A stretch of DNA of 15,364 bases, taken from Myxococcota bacterium (GTDB lineage Bacteria; Myxococcota; UBA4151). The notes beneath the pieces were generated by a model. The model saw only the letters and a list, made by a program, of their open reading frames with translations. It did no database searches and was not told the origin of the DNA. The position numbers and the translations under genes are program-made. This document shows, one piece after another, positions 7,908 through 15,364 of this stretch (position 1 is the first letter of the stretch; each line of letters opens with the position of its first letter). The stretch spans positions 1-15,364 of the forward strand of contig JBDQPD010000084.1 of assembly GCA_040260805.1 (NCBI GenBank). The letters run 5' to 3'.

Positions 7908-9693
7908 AGCGTAAGCCCTCCACAGGACGCAGTCGACTGGCGTGCCAAGCAGGATAAAGCGCTGCTAAGAAACATAGAACCATGGCGGCCACCACCACCA
8001 CAGCCACTTCAGCGCCCCGCAGCTCAACCGGCAAACGATCGATATAGTAAACGGTTGCGTCGAGATTAACGCCAAAACGCTCAATCAAGGCGCAGACCCC
8101 CACCCCAAGTGTGGAACCCGCTAGGGTCCCAGCCAAGCCGACCGCGACACCATAGCTCACAAAGACCCGCATAATGCCTCGGTCGGTTGCGCCGACGCTT
8201 TTGAGAATCGCTATCTCTTTACCGCGCTCAAGGACCACCATCACCAAGGCGGTAATAATGTTCAGACTCGCGACCAAGACGACCGCGCAAAGGATCAAGA
8301 ACATGACGATCTTCTCGAGCCGAAGCGCCTGAAACAAGGGACGGTTCGCATCCATCCAGTCTCGAGTGTAATAAGCCCCGTCAAACAGCTGCTCCATCAC
8401 CTTTTTGCGGATCTGAGCCACCTCATCGACCTCGCCAACGCGCAGCTCCAACCCCGTGATCCGGCCCGGCGCATCGAGGAAGGTTTGCGCCTCCGGTAGA
8501 GCGACATAAGCGAACTTGGCATCGTACTCATAAAAACCGGTGTGAAAAACAGCCGCCACTTTGAAGGCGCGTGCTTTGGGGACAGGGCCGGTCGGGCCGA
8601 GTTCACCCAGTGGATTGACGACCTGAACGACGGTGCCCACCTCAGCGTGTAAGGCTTTCGCCATTTCGCTGCCGATGACGATTCCCGGCGAAATCTGCCC
8701 CTCATTGCGAACCGGGTCTTCCGTCTCATCGCCCATGTCGAGGAAGTCATCGTCAGCTGAGTTTTCATCAACTGGACCGGCGTCTGCTGAGGGCGCCTTG
8801 TCGCCCTCCTCGTTGCGCATATCGTCGAGCATTTTACGGTATCGGTCGAGCGGGTCGGGGATCGTCTCGGGTCGTTCTAAATATGCAAAGTCTCCGCTCT
8901 TTAGGCTCTGACTCAGCTTACCCATTCGCGGTAAATCGGCGGCACGGACGCCACGTAAAATAGCGCCTGAGAGATTCGAGGGCGAGGTCACCATGACCTC
9001 AGAATACAAGAACGGGACCACCGAATTGACGCCTTCGACCGCGCCCAACTTGTCGGCGAGCGGCTCATACTCGGTAAAGTCATGACCATAGCGAAAGACG
9101 ATCAAATGAGGGTTTGCGCCCAAGATTTTACTCTTCAAATCACTCGCAAAGCCACTCATCACCGACATGACGACGATCATCGCCGAGACCCCCATGGCGA
9201 CGCCGATTACCGAAATCAAGGTGATGACGCTGACGGTTGCCTCGCGCCGCTTTGAGGTGAGAAATCGTTTGGCTAGCGCCAGACTCCAGCCCCAAGGTCC
9301 GCCGCCGGGGCGCAGCAAGTGCGCCGCACTCGCCAGGCATACGGCTGCGATCATCCAAACCATCAGGCCAAGGACGATGGCGACCACACCGTAGGGTCCG
9401 CCGACCAGCTCAAAGGCGGCGGGTGACACCGAGGAGCGCAACGCAAAGGCGCCCGCAACCAGGATCGCCAAAGCCGTCAGTAAACTGACCAGCGCTCCCA
9501 CCGCTTTCGCGCGCAGCAGATGCACCCCAATGCCGCTCAGAGCCCCCAAAGCGGTCAGCGACATCGCCGCAACCGCAGCCAAGCCATCGCCATAGAATTG
9601 CCCACTTTGATCGACCGCAACCAAGCCAGCGCGTGCGAGCGCTAGATTGAGCGTGCCGAGCAAGACACCAATGAGCAAAGCCTTAAACAACAC
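7900..9693 (-). CDS. Lipoprotein-releasing ABC permease, LolC/E (LolF-like) family, with N-terminal membrane extension and acidic insertion
   Basis: LAKRFLTSKR...ITLISVIGVAMGVSAMIVVMSVMSGF, GIVIGSEMAKAL, DWMDANRPLFQALRLEK, KEIAILKSVGA, VYYIDRLP, LYPAWHASRLRPVEGLRYD. GTG start lies 7 nt after the lysS stop. Only one permease gene is present. Confidence 0.9.
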   Translation of the reverse strand: MLFKALLIGVLLGTLNLALARAGLVAVDQSGQFYGDGLAAVAAMSLTALGALSGIGVHLLRAKAVGALVSLLTALAILVAGAFALRSSVSPAAFELVGGPYGVVAIVLGLMVWMIAAVCLASAAHLLRPGGGPWGWSLALAKRFLTSKRREATVSVITLISVIGVAMGVSAMIVVMSVMSGFASDLKSKILGANPHLIVFRYGHDFTEYEPLADKLGAVEGVNSVVPFLYSEVMVTSPSNLSGAILRGVRAADLPRMGKLSQSLKSGDFAYLERPETIPDPLDRYRKMLDDMRNEEGDKAPSADAGPVDENSADDDFLDMGDETEDPVRNEGQISPGIVIGSEMAKALHAEVGTVVQVVNPLGELGPTGPVPKARAFKVAAVFHTGFYEYDAKFAYVALPEAQTFLDAPGRITGLELRVGEVDEVAQIRKKVMEQLFDGAYYTRDWMDANRPLFQALRLEKIVMFLILCAVVLVASLNIITALVMVVLERGKEIAILKSVGATDRGIMRVFVSYGVAVGLAGTLAGSTLGVGVCALIERFGVNLDATVYYIDRLPVELRGAEVAVVVVAAMVLCFLAALYPAWHASRLRPVEGLRYD

Positions 9694-9700
9694 GCGCTGA

Positions 9701-11236
9701 TTACCCCTGCCGTCGAAGTTGCGGAAAGAGAATGACCTCTCGGATCGAGCTGTTATCGGTCAGCAACATGACCAAGCGATCAATACCGATACCCTCGCCA
9801 GCGGTGGGCGGCATGCCAAACTCTAAAGCCCGCAGAAAATCTTCGTCGAGTTCATGCGCCTCGTCATCGCCCTTCGCCCGCTCTCCCAGCTGCGCCTCAA
9901 AGCGGCCGCGCTGATCATCGGGGTCATTGAGCTCGGAGAAGGCGTTCGCCAACTCCATGCGAGCGCAAATCAACTCGAAGCGATCGGTGTAGTCTGGGTT
10001 GTCCTCTTTACGCCGAGCTAAAGGCGAGACGTCCGTCGGATAATCGGTGACAAAGGTTGGATCGATCAGCTGAGGTTCGGCGCAGTGATCAAAGAGCTCC
10101 ATTTGCACTTTACCGAGCAAGGTGTCCGCCCGCAGCTCGATGTGGTGCTTCTCCTTAGCAAAGCGAATCAAAAACTCACGGTCTTCGACCTTATCGGCGG
10201 GGACATCAGCATATTCGACCAAGCCCTCAATGACCGGCAGACGCCGGAAAGGGAGACTAAAGTCGATCGTCAAAGCGTCGTCACTGCCGGTCGGATGATA
10301 GGTCAACGACTCCGCCCCATCGTGGAGCGTTTTGCACAATCCATTGAACAGCTTCTCGGTGTGGACGATCATGTCCTCAACCGTCGCATACGCCTCGTAG
10401 AACTCGATCGCGGTGAACTCCGGGTTGTGGCGCACCGAGATCCCCTCGTTGCGGAAGTTCTTCCCGATCTCGTAGACCCGCTCCATCCCGCCAACGACTA
10501 AGCGCTTGAGATGCAGCTCGGTCGCAATCCGCAACTTGAGATCCATCTCGAGGGTGTTGTGATGCGTCAGAAAGGGTCGAGCAGAGGCGCCGCCCGCCAC
10601 ATCGTGGAGGCTCGGTGTTTCGACCTCAACGTAGCCGTTCTCGTCGAAATAGTTGCGAATATAGCGCATCACCAAAGCACGCGCCGCAAAGGTCTCACGG
10701 ACCTTAGGGTTGACGATCAGATCGACGTAACGTTGCCGAAAGCGCAATTCTGAATCGGTTAGGCCTGCCCATTTCTCAGGCAACGGGCGCAAGGACTTGA
10801 CCAACAAATGCAGCTCATCAACCGACAAGGTCAGCTCGCCAGTTTTGGTCCGGAAAGGGGCCCCCTTCACGCCGACATGATCGCCTCGGTCTAAACGACC
10901 GAAGGCTTCCCAAGAAGCCTCGTCCGTCCGGTTCTTTCTCAAAAAGACTTGCAGATCACCGTCGCGGCCTCTGAGCTTGATAAACGCTGCTTTGCCAAAG
11001 CGGCGAATCGCCATCACCCGTCCCGCAATCGTCTGCGTTTCGTCGGGATCGGGCTGGTTCGCGTCCTCGGCTAGGTGGCCGTAGCGAGTATGGATTTCAC
11101 CTAGGGAGAGTGAGCACGACCAATCGTTCGGATAAGCTTGCCCTTGGGCTCGCAGTTCATCGAGCTTAGCGCGTCGATGAGCGATCAGTTTTTCTTCACC
11201 TGCTAGGTCATCAATTTCTTGGGTCTCTTCACTCAC
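9701..11236 (-). CDS. lysS: Lysine--tRNA ligase (class II)
   Basis: 511 aa. OB-fold region ([16 protein letters not shown]), [38 protein letters not shown], motif 2 [15 protein letters not shown], motif 3 [18 protein letters not shown]. Confidence 0.97.
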   Translation of the reverse strand: MSEETQEIDDLAGEEKLIAHRRAKLDELRAQGQAYPNDWSCSLSLGEIHTRYGHLAEDANQPDPDETQTIAGRVMAIRRFGKAAFIKLRGRDGDLQVFLRKNRTDEASWEAFGRLDRGDHVGVKGAPFRTKTGELTLSVDELHLLVKSLRPLPEKWAGLTDSELRFRQRYVDLIVNPKVRETFAARALVMRYIRNYFDENGYVEVETPSLHDVAGGASARPFLTHHNTLEMDLKLRIATELHLKRLVVGGMERVYEIGKNFRNEGISVRHNPEFTAIEFYEAYATVEDMIVHTEKLFNGLCKTLHDGAESLTYHPTGSDDALTIDFSLPFRRLPVIEGLVEYADVPADKVEDREFLIRFAKEKHHIELRADTLLGKVQMELFDHCAEPQLIDPTFVTDYPTDVSPLARRKEDNPDYTDRFELICARMELANAFSELNDPDDQRGRFEAQLGERAKGDDEAHELDEDFLRALEFGMPPTAGEGIGIDRLVMLLTDNSSIREVILFPQLRRQG

Positions 11237-11329
11237 GAGATCTGCCCTTTTTCCAAAGCCGGCGGTCTTTGGCAGAGGGGGTAGAGCGGGTCAACCGTAG
11301 GTTGAGGCGAGTTGGGCGATCGAGCGACT

Positions 11330-13630
11330 TTACCGAAGCGCAACCGGCTCTGGAATTTGAGCCATAAGTTTGGCTGTCGTGAACGCCGGAAGCTGACACA
11401 CGCCACGCTCGCAGACAAACGCCGTGCTCTTCCCTTCAAGAGCCGTTTTGCCACCCAGCCACGGCACCTCAACCGACAACTCCTTGGCTTGCCTCTCGCT
11501 CAACTCAAAGACCGTTGCGTTGGGCAAATACTGGGTCCGCAGGACCGAAAACAAATCGCTCGTAGCGCCACCATCAGGGTGCACAATAACCACCTCAAGC
11601 GGCCGGTCATCGGCGCGCTCTAACGCAGCTAGGGCGTGGTCCATACCCCCGCGCGTGATCGCCTGACTCAAGCCCCGAAAGGCACGACGAGCTGAGGCAT
11701 CAAACCCTGGGTCGCCGGTCAGCGTCGAGAGGCGAATCAAATTGTGAAGGCTGATCGAATTACCGCTCGGGATCGCGCCGTCGTAATCAGGTTTTTCTCT
11801 GGCAATATGAACCTTTTGATCGTCTGAGGTGAGATACCAAGCGCCATGCTCAGCGTCGCCATAATGACGATCTTGTAGATCCTGTAAGCTGCGCGCTGCG
11901 CTCAACCATTTGGGGTCACCATCCGCTTGAGCGAGCTCGATCAACCCGTGGATTAGAAAGGCATAATCGTCGAGGAAGGCTTGCTCTTGGCGGGCACCAT
12001 CTTTTGTCGAGTGGCGCAGGCGCCCTTTGGGGCCTCTCATGGTCTTGAGGTGAAAGTCTGCGGCGCGACGAGCAGCCTGAATGTATTGCGGCGCATTGAG
12101 CACCCACCCTGCGCGAGCAAACGCAGCGATCATCAAACCATTCCAGTCCACCATAATCTTGTCGTCTAAGCCCGGCGCGATCCGCTGGGCGCGGACAGGG
12201 TACAACACCTCACGTGCGTGGCTGAGGTGAGCGTCGAGTTCAGCCCGAGTCAGCTTGAGGTCTTTGGCCACGTCGTTGAGCGCTCGAGGCACCCAAAAGA
12301 TGTTGCGCCCCTCAAAGTTTCCAACCTTCGTCACGTCCCACGCGGCGATGACTGATCGCGCCACGGCTTTGGGCAAGAGCTCATCGAGCTGCTTGAGGTC
12401 CCACAAAAAGAAGGTGCCCTCTTCGCCCTCTGAATCGGCATCAGTCGCAGAATAAAATGCGCCATCACTGCGCGTCATTTCTCGTAAAACATAGTCCAGA
12501 GTGAAGCGAACGGTTTGAGCAAAGTCCTCTCGACCGGTCATCTGATAACCCGCCAGAAAGTCATGCGCTAACAGCGCGTTATCATAGAGCATCTTCTCGA
12601 AGTGCGGGACCAACCAGCGCTCGTCAGTGCTGTAACGATGAAACCCGCCCCCGAGCTGGTCGTGGATACCGCCATCTTGCATCTTCTCGAGCGTCAGAGT
12701 CGCCGCATCGAGAACCGACTGATCACCGTTTCGACGGGCAAATCGAAACAGCAAATGAAGCGGCATAGAGGAGGGAAACTTCGGACGCCCACGCATCCCA
12801 CCCCAGGTCGAATCAAAGCGCCCCATCGCCCAGCGAACAGTGATCTCGACTGCGCTCAGGGAAAGCTCCGGCCCGGACGGAGCCGGCTTGAGCGAGCGCG
12901 CAACCTCTTCGGTGAGGCGCTGCGCTTCGGCGCGCACGGCCTCAGGCTCGGTCTCCCAGCGCTTTGCCAGGGTCTTGAGTAAGGACTGAAAGCCCCGCAC
13001 CACGCCGCGCTGGCCATCGGGAGGGAAATAGGTCCCCGCAAAGAAGGGTAGACCCTCAGGATCCGCCCAAACGGTCATGGGCCAACCCCCACTGCGGCGT
13101 AGCTTATGAACCGCCGCCATGTACAAACTGTCAATGTCAGGGCGCTCTTCACGGTCGACTTTAATCGGCACGTAGAGCTGGTTGATCAACTCGGCAATCG
13201 CCTCGGATTCAAAGCTCTCTTCTTCCATCACATGACACCAGTGACAGGTCGAATAGCCGACACTGATCAGCAAGGGCCGGTTGAGTCGCTGCGCCTCTGC
13301 GAGCGCCTCTTCACCCCAAGGTCGCCAATCCACAGGGTTGTGTGCGTGCTGCAGCAGATAGGGACTCGTCGATTGAATCAGGCGATTAATATACTTGGGT
13401 GAACCGTCTGCCCGCAGGTGCTTAGTGCGCGGCTTATAGTCTTTACCCTTAGCCGCTAGAGCTTGTCGCAAGGCTTCAACCAACGCCGTCTTCTTTTCGA
13501 CCGAACCAGGGTGGGTCATCTCGACTCCTTGAGGATTTTCGATGGGTGTTTGAGTCGCCGCCTCTGCGGTAGACCCCGCTTTACACGCACCGACAGCGCA
13601 CCAGAATAAACCGATGATCAGTAGGCGCAT
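11330..13630 (-). CDS. YyaL/SSP411 (DUF255) thioredoxin-domain plus six-hairpin glycosidase-like protein, probable lipoprotein
   Basis: [99 protein letters not shown]. Start reassigned to ATG at 13630, which has GGAGA upstream and begins [16 protein letters not shown] (766 aa). Confidence 0.9.
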   Translation of the reverse strand: MRLLIIGLFWCAVGACKAGSTAEAATQTPIENPQGVEMTHPGSVEKKTALVEALRQALAAKGKDYKPRTKHLRADGSPKYINRLIQSTSPYLLQHAHNPVDWRPWGEEALAEAQRLNRPLLISVGYSTCHWCHVMEEESFESEAIAELINQLYVPIKVDREERPDIDSLYMAAVHKLRRSGGWPMTVWADPEGLPFFAGTYFPPDGQRGVVRGFQSLLKTLAKRWETEPEAVRAEAQRLTEEVARSLKPAPSGPELSLSAVEITVRWAMGRFDSTWGGMRGRPKFPSSMPLHLLFRFARRNGDQSVLDAATLTLEKMQDGGIHDQLGGGFHRYSTDERWLVPHFEKMLYDNALLAHDFLAGYQMTGREDFAQTVRFTLDYVLREMTRSDGAFYSATDADSEGEEGTFFLWDLKQLDELLPKAVARSVIAAWDVTKVGNFEGRNIFWVPRALNDVAKDLKLTRAELDAHLSHAREVLYPVRAQRIAPGLDDKIMVDWNGLMIAAFARAGWVLNAPQYIQAARRAADFHLKTMRGPKGRLRHSTKDGARQEQAFLDDYAFLIHGLIELAQADGDPKWLSAARSLQDLQDRHYGDAEHGAWYLTSDDQKVHIAREKPDYDGAIPSGNSISLHNLIRLSTLTGDPGFDASARRAFRGLSQAITRGGMDHALAALERADDRPLEVVIVHPDGGATSDLFSVLRTQYLPNATVFELSERQAKELSVEVPWLGGKTALEGKSTAFVCERGVCQLPAFTTAKLMAQIPEPVALR

Positions 13631-13799
13631 TTCGGTCTCCGGGCGACGGCTCGGCTTCAACCTTGGAAACCAGCCGTCAACCCTATGACCTACGTCATCT
13701 GTCCGAGCAACCCAATGTGGCCGCAACAGGCTCCCGAAGCCACCGAAGACCGAGATGAAGGGCAACCCCGCCCTGATATTTGGATTGAGGAAACACATT
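13631..13799. promoter_or_regulatory. Divergent intergenic control region containing palindrome ATGAC-CTAC-GTCAT (13685-13698)
   Basis: 169 nt between divergent start codons with an RBS-like element at each end. No convincing -35/-10 pair identified. Confidence 0.5.
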
Positions 13800-15364
13800 A
13801 TGCGTACTCAGATTCTTCGACTTAGCGCTCTTCTTGCTTTGGTCACCACCGCAGCGTGCGGAAGCGACGCTCCAGTTGATGGCAACCAAGCCGATCGCTG
13901 GCGCGCCGATGCGCCCCGTGACCCAGCAGCCAACAACAATCCGGATAACTCCGATAATGGTAACACTGGCGACAACGGTCAGAACAACGGCGATAATGGA
14001 AACAACGGCTCCAATACTCCTGACCCCGAGCCCACCGATCCTACCGGGATCACGCGTGACGATGCGATCCCCGCAGCGGTCGACGGTGCGGTCAGCGGCG
14101 AGCTCACCGAAGACAACGCCGAGGCATGGTATCGCTTCGTCGCCGGTAACGCCTATCAGTATGCAGTCTTCACCAGCGGATCGCTCGATACCGAGTGCGC
14201 TTTGTTTGACGGCGCACGCACTGAGCCTGTCGCAGAAGATGATGACAGCGGCGAAGGCCTGAACTGCCGTCTCGAGAATGAGCTGGTCAACGGTCGCACC
14301 TACCTGGTGCGTGTGCGCAGCTTCCAAGGGCGCGCCCAGGGTCAGTTCCAGCTGCACATCGAGAGCATCGATGCGCCGACCATCGATCCTCAAATCGCAG
14401 CTCGCCCCGGCGAAGTTCGTGCGGGCAGCGTCCTCACGATCGGCGGCAGCGGGTTTACGCCCGATGGCGAAGTGACCATCGAGATCAACGGCATGGCTGA
14501 GCTTGCGGTCGATCCGACCACCGCTGACGAAGACGGTATTGTTGCGGTCAACCTCGATATCGCGACCGACCAAGCCGCTGGACGTTATCAAGTGCGAGCC
14601 ATTGACGGTGCGTCAAACACCCCAAGCCGTTGGGTCAACTTCAGCGTCACTGAGGCGCCCGCAGATGATCATGGAAACGACGCCGAGACCGCAACCGATA
14701 CCGGCAACGGTGGATCGTTTGGTGGCACCTTGGAAGCTGGCGATAACGACACCTTCAGCCTCCGCATCAACCGTAACGGTGAGTGGATCATTCACACCGA
14801 AGGCGACCTCGATACCGTCTGCACGCTGAGTGACGCCGAAGGGAATGAAATCGCCAACAACGATGACGGCGGCGAGAGCACCAACTGCCGCATCGCCCAA
14901 GAGCTTGAAGCGCCGGCGACGGTCCTGATCAATGTTCGCCACTTCCGCGCCAACGGCGAAGGTGAATACACCCTCGTGATCACCGCCCCGGATACTCCGA
15001 TCGTCGGCGATCCCAATGGAAACAACGGCAACAACGGTAACAACAATGGCGATGATGACCACGCCGACCAGATCGAGGGCGCAAGCTTGCTGCTGCCGAT
15101 CGTTCCGTCGACCGGCGCCTTTGATAAAGAAAACGATCAAGACTGGTTCGCCTTCTTAGCGCCCGTTACTGGTATGTACACCTTCGCCACCATCGGCTTC
15201 GTCGATACGGTCTGCAGCCTCTACGATTCAGAGGGCAACCCGCTCACCCAAGACGACAACAGCGGCCCACTGCTCAACTGTGAGATTCAGCGCAGCCTGC
15301 GTGCAGGACAGATCTATTATGTCAGCGTCAGCCAAGGTCGTCTGCGCTTGCCCGGCACCTACGC
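13800..15364 (+). CDS. Secreted lipoprotein with Asn/Gly-rich linkers, three PPC-like repeats and an Ig-like domain (3'-truncated, at least 521 aa)
   Basis: Translated by hand; absent from the ORF track because no stop occurs before the window end. GAGGA RBS precedes ATG 13800. [20 protein letters not shown]20-GSD is a signal peptide II/lipobox. Repeats contain WYRF...[10 protein letters not shown]...[19 protein letters not shown]...DLDTVCTL...[13 protein letters not shown] and DDHAD...DWFAF...VDTVCSLYD...[13 protein letters not shown]. Confidence 0.88.
   Translation, partial: MRTQILRLSALLALVTTAACGSDAPVDGNQADRWRADAPRDPAANNNPDNSDNGNTGDNGQNNGDNGNNGSNTPDPEPTDPTGITRDDAIPAAVDGAVSGELTEDNAEAWYRFVAGNAYQYAVFTSGSLDTECALFDGARTEPVAEDDDSGEGLNCRLENELVNGRTYLVRVRSFQGRAQGQFQLHIESIDAPTIDPQIAARPGEVRAGSVLTIGGSGFTPDGEVTIEINGMAELAVDPTTADEDGIVAVNLDIATDQAAGRYQVRAIDGASNTPSRWVNFSVTEAPADDHGNDAETATDTGNGGSFGGTLEAGDNDTFSLRINRNGEWIIHTEGDLDTVCTLSDAEGNEIANNDDGGESTNCRIAQELEAPATVLINVRHFRANGEGEYTLVITAPDTPIVGDPNGNNGNNGNNNGDDDHADQIEGASLLLPIVPSTGAFDKENDQDWFAFLAPVTGMYTFATIGFVDTVCSLYDSEGNPLTQDDNSGPLLNCEIQRSLRAGQIYYVSVSQGRLRLPGTY
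15015..15050 (+). repeat. Coding low-complexity 9-nt repeat (AACAACGGY) encoding NGNNGNNGNNNG
   Basis: Sequence is aatggaaacaacggcaacaacggtaacaacaatggc. Its first 15 nt (AATGGAAACAACGGC) also occur exactly at 13995-14009. Confidence 0.75.

Noticed and set aside
11241..11276. Hairpin considered as a rho-independent terminator or lysine riboswitch/T-box
   Set aside because: No U-tract follows the stem on either strand, and the 93-nt intergenic region is too short and lacks the conserved motifs of those RNAs.
11233..11472. 79-aa ORF ending on the lysS start, considered as a leader peptide
   Set aside because: Starts inside the yyaL-like gene in another frame, has no RBS and no Lys-codon run. 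Likely chance.
13700..13790. Possible riboswitch/ncRNA upstream of the lipoprotein (CCGAAG repeats, AGGGC-N6-GCCCT hairpin)
   Set aside because: Only short stems expected by chance at this GC content, with no match I can recognise to c-di-GMP or other aptamers. An Rfam cmscan would settle it.
13631..13798. N-terminal 56-aa extension of the YyaL-like ORF
   Set aside because: Would leave no room for divergent promoters. The ATG at 13630 has a clear GGAGA RBS and starts a signal peptide.
13695..15140. Minus-strand ORFs 13695-14591 (298 aa) and 14613-15140 (175 aa)
   Set aside because: Antisense shadows of the + strand lipoprotein. Their V/I-rich hydrophobic stretches are the reverse complement of Asn/Asp codons, and they contain no recognisable motifs.
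1..15364. CRISPR arrays, tRNA/rRNA genes, IS elements, prophage or defence genes
   Set aside because: Nearly all of the window is assigned to protein-coding genes. I saw no spaced direct repeats, terminal inverted repeats, or transposase, integrase or nuclease motifs.

Overview
GC-rich (about 60% by eye) bacterial chromosome segment. Gene order and protein style point to Myxococcota/Bradymonadales-like 'deltaproteobacteria' (inference). The core is a tightly packed minus-strand envelope-biogenesis operon: lysS - lolC/E-like permease - lolD - bamA - lpxB - PAP2 phosphatase - DPM1/Ppm1-like GT2 - msbA. A YyaL/DUF255 thioredoxin-domain protein with a probable lipoprotein signal lies upstream on the same strand. 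At the left edge is the 3' part of a convergent gene with a bacterial fibrinogen-like motif. At the right edge is a divergent lipoprotein gene (13800 to beyond 15364) that the ORF track missed because it has no stop in the window; it has Asn/Gly linkers, an Ig-like domain and three Cys-paired PPC-like repeats. I saw no RNA genes, CRISPR arrays or mobile elements. The best novelty candidates are the lpxB-PAP2-GT2-msbA arrangement (possible lipid A remodelling module, with skp/lpxD/fabZ/lpxA absent after bamA), the enlarged LolC/E and the repeat lipoprotein.
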